64,000 nt of DNA from Eledone cirrhosa. Its lineage: Eukaryota. Below are positions 1 to 9,567 of the stretch, one piece after another; within the stretch, counting starts at the first letter, position 1; each line of letters starts with the position of its first letter. The notes beneath the pieces are model-generated. The model searched no databases. It had not been told where the DNA came from and saw nothing but the letters and a program-made list of their open reading frames with translations. The position numbers were made by a program, and so were the translations under genes. Location of the stretch: NCBI GenBank assembly GCA_964016885.1, contig OZ024740.1, positions 13,330,001-13,394,000 of the forward strand. Direction: 5' to 3'.

Positions 1-1092
1 AGTCAAACATCCCCCTACCAGCAAAACCAACACCAACACCACCCAAACACAAGCACCCACCATAAAAAGAAAACTCCCAGACGAACAACAAACTAAAACG
101 ACACAACAAAAACACAAACAACAAAACGCATACATCAACACAAACAACAAGAGTTTGATGGCGGTCATCTCCCAAAACCCCAAAGTGGAGACAGAGGGCA
201 AAACTTTCGTCAAAGCAGAATCGTCTCCACACCTAAAACTAATAAGGATTTCGATAGAAACCTATCAGAAATCGAAAAAACCAGTTTTCGCTGGATGTTG
301 GCAACCCCTGTCAAAAACCTATTAACCGCGTCCTGTTAAAATGCCCCGCCCCCACCAGAACTGAAATGAAGATTGAACAACCCGATCTCCAGGAAACGAA
401 AAGGTAAGTGCACCTTTTCGTCCCTTTCGCCAATTCTTCTCCACCAACATGGCTAGTTTACGAGTTGGAAGCGTGAATGTGCGTGGCCTAAATAGGGCCA
501 ACTTTTATACGACCTTAGGTCACACGATATGGATGTGATAACCATCACCGAGTCCAGGATCCACAACAGGCAGCAACTAACCCCCATCTTCAACGACTTT
601 GAGATCTACGCATCTCTCTGTCAGCCAGGAGGTGGAGGAGGAGTGACTGTCATGTTTCGGAAGAACCTGGACGTCGAAGTACAGAAAGTACACTTGGACC
701 CAGACGGTAGACTGGTAGTTCTAGACGTGAACAGTATTGGAGGTGGAGCCTTTAGACTGGTGGCCGTTTATGCCCCGACCGGGCAATCGCAATCACGGCC
801 AGACTTCTTTAAGCGTCTAGAGTCTTTTCTGGGAACATCTCGCTCCTTACTTTTAGTGGGGGACTGGAATGGTATCCTAGATGCACGATAGGACTATGTG
901 GGAGCATGTCCCAGTAGAGGGGGGTGCAACAGCCTCAAAACTTTAATCGGCCAATTCCAACTGGCCGATAAGTATCAAATGGATTTCCCGACAGCACCAC
1001 AGTGGACGTGGGCTAACCGCAGCGGGACATCTAGATCGTATTTAGATAGGTTCTTCATTAGAGAAAGGGACAAGGAGATGTTAAGTTGTCCA
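1..1092 (+). mobile_element. Truncated L1/Tx1-type LINE copy (end of ORF1 + APE endonuclease of ORF2)
   Basis: Matches 9120-10211 at offset 9119, with about 3 substitutions seen by eye. APE motifs MASLRVGSVNVRGL (ATG 449), VYAPT, VGDWN, SYLDRFF. Ends abruptly at 1092, where PLE sequence begins. Confidence 0.92.
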
Positions 1093-1205
1093 GGGGTTGC
1101 ACATACTGATTGCGGATTTGGTACGGGTGATGAGAAATGTGTCCCGCATGTGCAACCCCGAAGAACTAGAGAGACACATACAACACTTCATCCACCGTAT
1201 GCAGT

Positions 1206-2214
1206 AACATCTCGACAACTATCCTTCATAAAGCAGTGTGCCTCGTCCAGAATCTACACCAACACCATCAATACCGACGTTAGAAGATTACAACTCACCA
1301 AAAAACAAGCAGATAGGCTAAAACGAACATTAATTCTAAACATAAAAAAGAAGATCTATAGAGAATTAAGTCATCAAGAAAAACAAAAGCGTAACCTAAT
1401 ACAAGAAATAGCTAGGATCACCACACCAAGAGAGAAACTAATATTTATAAGCCTTATACGCCCTGAAGAACAGTACATTACTCAAGAATGTGATAAGCAC
1501 TTTAACAGGAAACTAAAGTGGCTTAAACAGGCAAAGCTAAATCAGGATACTATAGAGTATACCAATAGATATCCCGACAAAATTGACGGTATCAACATGG
1601 CCGACACCTCATTATCAGAAGAGTTCAACAACAAAAACACCAACATATATGGGAACGCAAAAATAGATAATGATGAAATGTCTGTGTTATGTTTGCCGCC
1701 GAAATTTGCGACATTCAAGAAGGTAAATATGATTAGTTGTCTGTCAGAAATAGAAAAATCATTTACAAAACTACGCTGGAGCATCAAAAACAAAAGCAAC
1801 AATATACGCACACACATATACAGCACACATCCCAACAACAACAGACACACAGACACAAATAACAATAACAACAACACACACATCAACAACAACAACAATA
1901 ACAACATACCCAGAAACAACAACAACAGACACGCAGACACAAACAACAATAACAACACACACAACAACGATAACACACACGGAGACAACAACAACACACA
2001 TCAACAACAGCACACATCAACAACAACAACACACACGCATTCAATACCTCTCACCACCACCACAATCTTAACAAACACACAGACACAGAAAACAAGTAAT
2101 GACAGTAGCACAGAAATCACAGAAATAAGGGAAAGTAATAGGATTAAAGGAGAAGGGAGACTAAGGACAAAGAGAATAACCAAGACGAACACACAGACAC
2201 ACAAAATAGGGTAG
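1206..2214 (+). pseudogene. PLE ORF N-terminal part, separated from the RT ORF by a frameshift in an Asn/Thr-rich linker
   Basis: Motifs LSFIKQC...RKLKWLK and LCLPPKFATF...EIEKSFTKLRW resemble the PLE N-terminal region. The RT frame is open from 2148 and this frame stays open to 2214, so one frameshift in 2148-2211 would join them. Confidence 0.75.
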
Positions 2215-2231
2215 ATAACAACATTGAGCCA

Positions 2232-4739
2232 GTGGAAAGAGACAGGAGTAATTATGAGAGACATAGAAACAACCATGAAGCTGTTGGTGGAAATAGAAAT
2301 AGAAACAACACAACTAACAATAACAATAGCACTAGTACACATAAAGCAGCAGCCTGGAACTCTCCGTTTTATAATCCCTCCGATAAATCATTCGACCTGC
2401 GACGAGTCCACGCCACGACTTTACGATTTAACAAACGCACGCAGCTGCCGTCGCAGGTCGATGAACAAACAGAAGCACAATTTAGTATAGCTAGATCCGA
2501 ACTTAGAAATATTATAGAACAGTATAGCAAGAAGCATAATAGAATAGAGGCCCAGCAACTGGGAGAAAAATCTGCAAATGGCTTGCGTAAGCTCATGCAG
2601 CGCTCACGTAATGGAGAGATAGCATGCTTTCCAACAGACAAGTCTGGCAGAATGTCGGTTGACAGCCTGCCAAACTACATCCAGGCAATGCAACCCCACA
2701 TCACTAACACAAGAGAGGTAACACCACAGGAGCATGAGGATAGAGAAAAAGCCCTCAATGCCCATATGGTGATGTGGACGAATATAATGCAGCCCAACAA
2801 AAGGACTGCCAACAACTTCCAGGCCTGGAACAATGACGTGCCGGCGTTGTATGGGCTTCGAAAAGACCATAAAACGGGCTGTGACCCTGTCGCGGGACCA
2901 CCAACACGGCCAGTCTGTGGAGCTAACATTGCTAGTAACTACAGACTGTCCTACTTCCTCTCCCTGATCATACGCCCCATCATTGAGATGTCCCCAGATG
3001 TATGTGACAGCACGGAGGACCTCCTCAGCAGAATCGGCGTGAGTAACCGATCTGGGGACCTAACAAACTGCATAATAGGCAGTATGGATGTTGTGTCCCT
3101 GTATCCATCTATTGACGTGGATTTTGCTGTGGAGAAATGCGTAGAGATGATCAGCGAGAGCAAGGTTGAGTTCCGTGGGATTGATACCAGTGAGCTGGGA
3201 CTTCTACTTAAGCTTACCCATAGTAATAGTTACCTAGACACATATGACCTTAGCAACCTGTGCCCTACAAGACCAGCAAGAGGCAGACCACCTACCATTA
3301 ACTCAATGGCCAAGAAAACCCACACAGATAGATGGAACGGGTGGACCAGAGCCATACGGACACCCGAAAACCACGATGAACTGAAGAAAATGATTGCACA
3401 TGCGGTAGGGGCCAGCATTAAATTAACCCTTAAGGAACATATGTTCAAATTTAATGGAAAAACATATGCCCAAGAGGAAGGAGCAGCCATTGGTGTTAGC
3501 ATTGCAGGGGACATAGCTAACTTATTCATGGTATGGTGGGACAGTAGACTTAAACTTAAACTTAAAGAACAATTAGAAGACAGCTTAACCCTGATAATGT
3601 ACTCCCGCTACGTAGATGATATAAACATCGTAGTTAAGACACCCCCACTAGAGAACAGTCAGGAACTAGAGAAAAACACAATGGAAAGCATCCAGCAAAT
3701 AGCAAACTGCATCCACCAGAGCATTAGAGTTACTATAGACTACCCAAGTAGACACCCCAACCATCGATTACCTGTACTAGACACAGAGCTCTGGTTAGAT
3801 ACCATTAACAACCAAAAACAAATCCTCCATTCCCATTATGCCAAACCCATGACTTCCAAACATCTGATCCACCGAAACTCGGCCATTTCGGACCATACCA
3901 AAATCAACATACTGATTGCGGATTTGGTACGGGTGATGAGAAATGTGTCCCGCATGTGCAACCCCGAAGAACTAGAGAGACACATACAACACTTCATCCA
4001 CCGTATGCAGTTCTATGGCTACAATCAGAGAGATAGAATCAGAGTGTATAGAGGAGCCAGAACCAAATGGGAAAAAATGGTAAATAATGACATAAATGGG
4101 ACCTGCCCCTTGTATAGGAGCACATTTTGGAATAGAATAGAAAGAACTAGGAACAAGGCCAATAGAATAAACTCATGGTATGATAGCAATAAATACCAGA
4201 GTGTAATGTTCATCGATACAACCCCTAGAGGCGAACTAGCCTACAAATTTAGAAGGGCCCTAAATAAACATAAACTCAATATTAAGATAGTAGAAAGACC
4301 AGGTACCTCCGTAAAAACACTTATTAGCAAGACATACCCGTTCCAAAGACCTTCATGTATAGATAAGAAATGTATAACCTGTAAAATAAGCCCCCATATT
4401 AACTGTAAAACTAGAAATGTAGTGTATAGCATAAGATGTACTGAAGGACAATGTAGAAACAAAAATATAGTGTACATAGGTGAGACAGCTCGTAGTATAG
4501 GGGAACGGATAAATGAACACTGGCGAGACCTTCAAGATAATAAAGAATCATCTGTACTCTACCAACATGCTAAAATAGAACACAAGGGTAAATTAGAGAA
4601 CATAGAAATAAAAATAGAATCTACACACAGAAAAGATGCAATGTTTAGACAAATTACAGAGGCAATAAACATAAAAGAATTACAACCAAAATTAAATAGA
4701 AAATATGAGTGGAACAGCAACATCACAACTTACAATTAA
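2232..4739 (+). CDS. PLE reverse transcriptase + GIY-YIG endonuclease (835 aa open frame)
   Basis: TDKSG, LRKDHK, RPVC, SMDVVSLYPS, QEEGAAIG, SRYVDD (YVDD 3609-3620), LPVLD; Cys linker CIDKKCITC; GIY-YIG VVYSIRC...C...VYIGETARSIGERINEH with LYQH...H and RQITEA. Confidence 0.93.
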   Translation: MERDRSNYERHRNNHEAVGGNRNRNNTTNNNNSTSTHKAAAWNSPFYNPSDKSFDLRRVHATTLRFNKRTQLPSQVDEQTEAQFSIARSELRNIIEQYSKKHNRIEAQQLGEKSANGLRKLMQRSRNGEIACFPTDKSGRMSVDSLPNYIQAMQPHITNTREVTPQEHEDREKALNAHMVMWTNIMQPNKRTANNFQAWNNDVPALYGLRKDHKTGCDPVAGPPTRPVCGANIASNYRLSYFLSLIIRPIIEMSPDVCDSTEDLLSRIGVSNRSGDLTNCIIGSMDVVSLYPSIDVDFAVEKCVEMISESKVEFRGIDTSELGLLLKLTHSNSYLDTYDLSNLCPTRPARGRPPTINSMAKKTHTDRWNGWTRAIRTPENHDELKKMIAHAVGASIKLTLKEHMFKFNGKTYAQEEGAAIGVSIAGDIANLFMVWWDSRLKLKLKEQLEDSLTLIMYSRYVDDINIVVKTPPLENSQELEKNTMESIQQIANCIHQSIRVTIDYPSRHPNHRLPVLDTELWLDTINNQKQILHSHYAKPMTSKHLIHRNSAISDHTKINILIADLVRVMRNVSRMCNPEELERHIQHFIHRMQFYGYNQRDRIRVYRGARTKWEKMVNNDINGTCPLYRSTFWNRIERTRNKANRINSWYDSNKYQSVMFIDTTPRGELAYKFRRALNKHKLNIKIVERPGTSVKTLISKTYPFQRPSCIDKKCITCKISPHINCKTRNVVYSIRCTEGQCRNKNIVYIGETARSIGERINEHWRDLQDNKESSVLYQHAKIEHKGKLENIEIKIESTHRKDAMFRQITEAINIKELQPKLNRKYEWNSNITTYN

Positions 4740-4839
4740 GGACAAAATGAAAACACACACACACATAGAACAAACAACCAACCAATAACATGTAAATAAA
4801 TAAACAAATAGATAAATGAACACAAACACACACAGACAC

Positions 4840-4897
4840 CCGGATGTGGCGCATGCGCAAACTGAGCACACAACACACACACAGAAACAAAATGGCG
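4840..4897 (+). promoter_or_regulatory. Candidate internal promoter motif cluster in the PLE 3' region (ETS-like, NRF1-like, YY1-like)
   Basis: CCGGATGT 4840-4847, GCGCATGCGC 4849-4858 and CAAAATGGCG 4888-4897 lie in otherwise AC-rich sequence just upstream of the HHR. Function is inferred. Confidence 0.4.
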
Positions 4898-4943
4898 TAG
4901 GACAGAAGAAAGGAAAGGCACAGAAACAAAGAAAGGAATCCCC

Positions 4944-4988
4944 AGTCACTGAAGAGGTCACAGAGTGTGTGACGAAAGGACTATGACT
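4944..4988 (+). ncRNA. Minimal type I hammerhead ribozyme of the PLE
   Basis: Stem I AGTCA/TGACT; core CTGAAGA 4949-4955; stem II GTCAC/GTGAC; GAAA 4974-4977; very short stem III; cleavage triplet CTA 4981-4983. Confidence 0.85.
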
Positions 4989-5167
4989 ATATACAAACAA
5001 CTATCTGGTTGTGGAACCAACCAACCAACCAGAAATTTATAAATTTGTAGATTTGTAAATTTATAAATTTATAAATATATAATAAATTGAAGTGAAAGCA
5101 ACTGGTGCGTGTGTTTCTTATTGGCAACATGACCCTCCCAAAGTATAACAATATATATATATATATA

Positions 5168-6491
5168 CTAGCAGTTGAGCCCGGTTGCACCCGGGCCACT
5201 TTTTATTAAGTTAATAATTTGAAAAAAATATTATTGAAAGTTTATTATAAAGAAGTAGTTTCAGGAAAAAAAAATAGAAATATGCACTTGGGGCTGGACG
5301 GCGTACAATGAGAAGTGGAGTGACGTGAAAAGCGTTGTTTATTAACAGCGAAATAGCAAAGTCGATGATATGCAAGTTTGAAAATGCAGATTATGAAGGT
5401 TTGTATGATAGTTTATACTTTGATTGCCCTGGTCAGCAAGAGGGGCCTGTATATATTAGACGTTTATTAGAAGAAGGGGAAATAACTAACCCCAGTATTA
5501 GAACAGGGGGTTCGCACTGTAAGGATTTTATTTCTTTTGTTAGAAAACAGTGACCTTTTTCGGTTTGGCATTTCGTAAAATTCTACAGCAGAATCGATTT
5601 CATAAAACGGTACTGTATGATCGTTATAGAAGTATTTAAATTTAATATAGAACAACTGTAATGAAAAATGAAAATGAAACGTACTGTAGAAGACAACAGT
5701 TTATTAACAGCGAAATAACGTTGTCGTTGATATGTTATTTTAAATAAGACAATGAATATAAAAAAAAACTGAATTAATTAACTCGGCAACCAAAGGCCTT
5801 ATAGATCCCATTCATTAAGTTTACAATGAATATTAAAAAAAAAACTGAATGAATTAACTCGGCAACCCAAAGGCTCATATATCCCATTCATTAATTTTAC
5901 ATGCATGTATTCTTTAAACTTTTCATTTAACTTTGAAAAATACTACTTACTGTTAGTGGTGGTTAACATGTATTAGAATTAAAATAAAAATGATATCGGA
6001 AAAAACGTACCTGAGAACACGCGCCCCTTCTTCGCAATTTAAGGGTTTTATTTCTTTTGATGGAAAACATTGACCGTTTTCGGTTTGGCATTTCGTAAAA
6101 TGGTACTGCAGAATCGATTTCATAAAACGGTACTGTATGTTAACAGCGAAAGAACGTTGTGTTTGATATGTTATGAAAAAATTGATGATGAGTTTAAAAA
6201 AATGTATGAAATTATAAATAAGACAATGAATATTGAAAGCGACTACGGAAAATAACTCATCCAAGTATTAGAACAGGGGGAAATAACTCACCGAAAGCGA
6301 TAGTAAATAGACCGTTTTAGGGCCCTAGGGACCACATTTTTAAGTTAGAGATTTGAAACCTCATCTATTTGCTTCCTTGGCACTTTTTACATAGGTGTAT
6401 AAATTTTCATGTCCGTCCGACCACGTCTACTACAATTTAATTGTGCACAACTGAATTTCAACCACCACCCATTTCACAAATATATATTAGA
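5168..6491 (-). mobile_element. Non-autonomous Helitron
   Basis: On the minus strand it begins TC (6491-6490) and ends CTAG (5171-5168), lies between host A and T with no TSD, and has a subterminal hairpin GCCCGG-TTGCAC-CCGGGC at 5179-5196. The interior is AT-rich with internal duplications and no RepHel ORF. Confidence 0.8.
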
Positions 6492-6499
6492 TATGTATG

Positions 6500-6688
6500 T
6501 CGGGTCACTCTTCAGTGCTACTGGTAACATGTACCCAGTACAACCTGTCGCACGGTCGGGTCGTAGGCGACTAAACCGGCAACCCCACCAAGTTTACTTG
6601 GTGAGGAGGGGGATTTTGGACACCCTGCAGGACAAAAAACAAAACCTGACAAAGGGCGGAAGAACTCAAGAGCCATCCAAAAGTGTGT
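6500..6688. repeat. Unclassified interspersed repeat fragment (possibly derived from a retroposon 5' UTR)
   Basis: GC-richer island between microsatellites, containing GTCGTAGGCGACTAA and the hairpin CACCAAGT-TT-ACTTGGTG. Family not determined. Confidence 0.35.
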
Positions 6689-6764
6689 AAATATGTATAT
6701 ACACATGTTCATATGTATGTATATGTATATGTGTATATACATGGGTGCATGTGTATGTATATGC

Positions 6765-7045
6765 GCTGGGACATAGAAATAGTCGGGCTGGATACCTGAT
6801 CGCGCGGTTAAACCACTGGGAGTGAAGGACCCCTAGCCCTTGTCAGGGCATTCTTCTAGGAGAAGGCAACTCAGGAAACTGGGATAACTCCGATATAAAA
6901 CCTGCGGCTCAGTAGTTACCGATGATGTTGATCTTTTCTTCTTTTCGGGTTATAGCTACTGTCGCTCAGAGAGTGGGATTGGCTCAGTGCACAGTCTTTC
7001 CTCACTTTAAACAATATCTTCACGCACAGGCATTTCACGATGGAA
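6765..7045 (+). repeat. Retroposon fragment resembling an RTE 5' UTR
   Basis: CTAGGAGAAGGCAACTC resembles RTE-clade 5' UTR sequence as recalled, and it is followed by a (TAA)n-like tail. Not verified. Confidence 0.3.
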
Positions 7046-7107
7046 TTAATTAATAATTATTAATAATGTTATATCGTGCAATGGCCATACTCGATAACGA
7101 GGGGGCA

Positions 7108-7161
<54 letters not shown>

Positions 7162-7186
7162 TGGTGTATAAATATGAATATGTGTC

Positions 7187-7260
7187 AGTGTTTGCAGGTG
7201 TGTTTGCAGGTGTGTTTGCAGGTGTGTTTGCAGGTGTGTTTACAGGTGTGTTTACGTGTG
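7187..7260. repeat. 12-bp tandem repeat (GTGTTTGCAGGT), ~6 copies
   Basis: Directly visible. Confidence 0.9.
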
Positions 7261-7387
7261 TGAGAAGGAGAAAGGTGTGAGAGAAGGGAAATGTCTTCAC
7301 ATTTTCTGTTTGAAGGTTAGATTTCTCATTTAATTGGATATTTCATCCAATTAATGCTAAGTGGTAGTGTTATTTTCCTGTCTGTTA

Positions 7388-7388
<1 letters not shown>

Positions 7389-7463
<75 letters not shown>

Positions 7464-7465
7464 CT
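7389..7465. repeat. (TCTG)n/(TCTA)n microsatellite
   Basis: Directly visible. Confidence 0.95.
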
Positions 7466-7677
7466 TTATCTGTCTGATGCGTGGAACATCACCGGTAAGC
7501 TTTTTTGTTAATTTCTATGCAAAAAACCGAACTAATTGTTTGAAAAAAGATATCATTTTGTAGATTAACCCCCAAGCTGAATTGTCAGCTGGGTGGTAAC
7601 CCCATTTTTCGCCCCTTTAGGGGCGAAAATTTAATTTAAAATTGTTTTAAAATATCAAATTTTGCCAACTATAAAAC

Positions 7678-9526
7678 ATGAATAACACGAAGGGAACGCT
7701 GGAGAACGTCGACAGAGAAAAGAGAAGTAAAGAGGCAGATTTTAACGTTATATCTGCTTCTGCTACTATGGACGTCGCCATAGATACGACTGTCAATAAA
7801 GGGAAAAAAATATTGCCACTTGAAGATTGTACAATTTCTACCGTCGAAGCAGAACAAAATGAAAACACAGGAATTAAACCCATTAACATACATACACATG
7901 AAAAAAACAACATCAACAACTCCACAGATACATCTACACATAAAGTTTCACCTCGTCAAGGAACTGAGATTTCCAACACCGAGACTAACAACGATAACAA
8001 CAACAACAACAACAACAACAGCAACACCACACAAAAAAAATGTCTTTCGCTGAAACAGTGAACAAAAAACAAGATTTTATAAATCTTGACATCTCCTATG
8101 CAAGAGATATGCTCCAGCAAGGGAGAACATTTTAACTTTCGAAGAAAAGGGTGGGTTTAGAATTAACTCACCCCTCGAAATAAAAGAAGAGACAGTTCGA
8201 AGGACAATGACCATTAGGACTGTCTCCAACACAACGAGAAAGCCGATATTTGTTAGTCAAGCAGATATAGAAGCCACCTTCAAGGAGACTCTAGCAAATA
8301 TTGACTTTCTCCAACGAGGAAAACAGTACGGAAGTGTTTCCGTACTGTTTAAAAGCGAGGCATTCGCCCCAAAACATTCTGTGACACCAATGGTACATGG
8401 GAAAAAGAAAACAAGAAATAAAAATAAAAAGTATACCACCAAACATTAACATCTGGTGGATCTTAGCTGGCTTCGTAGAGCCAGAGACTGATATGATTCT
8501 TTCGATACCAAAGTCTATTAGACAAAGGTGGGCGGGTACTGATTTGGAGATTCTGATGCAAATGAAATCGGAAAAAATTTCCAAAATACCCGAAAAAGTC
8601 GTCATCGACGGCAACAACAAAATAAACATTACGGTGGAGGGTAGAAAACTTCATTGCTTTCGCTGAGGTAGCACAGCACACCTAAAGTCCTCCTGTCCTT
8701 CACAAACACACCACAACATCATTAAAAAATCCTTTTTACCAACACCAACACCAAAACAACCACCACCACAAGTACAACAACAGATGAAACGAGCAAACAC
8801 ACCAAAACAAACAGACACTAACCAACAACAACAGAAAAACACAGACAACACTCCTGAAGAACACAGCCCCACCCCATCCCACTCCATCAAACACTACCAC
8901 AAACACACACACCGAAACACCACCACCACACAACATACTCCTACCCCACACTCCTGACGATGATTAAACGACAGACGAGGCTGCTTCTCCTTCTTTAAGT
9001 GAAGAAGGAGAGCCTCGGAAATCTAAAAAACAAAAAAGAGACCACAAAACCCCCCAAAAATCCAATCACCAACACCAACACACAACCACAAACACAAACA
9101 ACAACACAAACAACACCACAGTCAAACATCCCCCTACCAGCAAAACCAACACCAACACCACCCAAACACAAGCACCCACCATAAAAAGAAAACTCCCAGA
9201 CGAACAACAAACTAAAACGACACAACAAAAACACAAACAACAATACGCATACATCAACACAAACAACGAGAGTTTGATGGCGGTCATCTCCCAAAACCCC
9301 AAAGTGGAGACAGAGGGCAAAACTTTCGTCAAAGCAGAATCGTCTCCACACCTAAAACTAATAAGGATTTCGATAGAAACCTATCAGAAATCGAAAAAAC
9401 CAGTTTTCGCTGGATGTTGGCAACCCCTGTCAAAAACCTATTAACCGCGTCCTGTTAAAATGCCCCGCCCCCACCAGAACTGAAATGAAGATTGAACAAC
9501 CCGATCTCCAGGAAACGAAAAGGTAA
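7678..9526 (+). pseudogene. LINE ORF1 (gag-like), frameshifted
   Basis: Fragments 7678-8061, 8207-8449 and 8397-8666; zinc knuckle CFR*GSTAHLKSSC at 8655-8696; Pro/Thr/Gln-rich tail; probable stop TAA 9524-9526. Confidence 0.7.
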
Positions 9527-9567
9527 GTGCACCTTTTCGTCCCTTTCGCCAATTCTTCTCCACCAAC

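Larger units (their letters stand above)
1093..5151 (+). mobile_element. Penelope-like retroelement (Naiad/Neptune-like), 5'-rearranged, with 3' pLTR-like region carrying an HHR
   Basis: RT + C-terminal GIY-YIG ORF, PLE-type N-terminal motifs upstream, HHR at 4944-4988, inverted 5' junction, 3' end abutting (TA)n at ~5151. Clade assignment is from recalled motifs only. Confidence 0.92.

Noticed and set aside
8655-8696. In-frame TGA at the second Cys of the LINE ORF1 zinc knuckle (possible selenocysteine)
   Set aside because: The element has many other stops and frameshifts, a single substitution explains the TGA, and no SECIS was identified.
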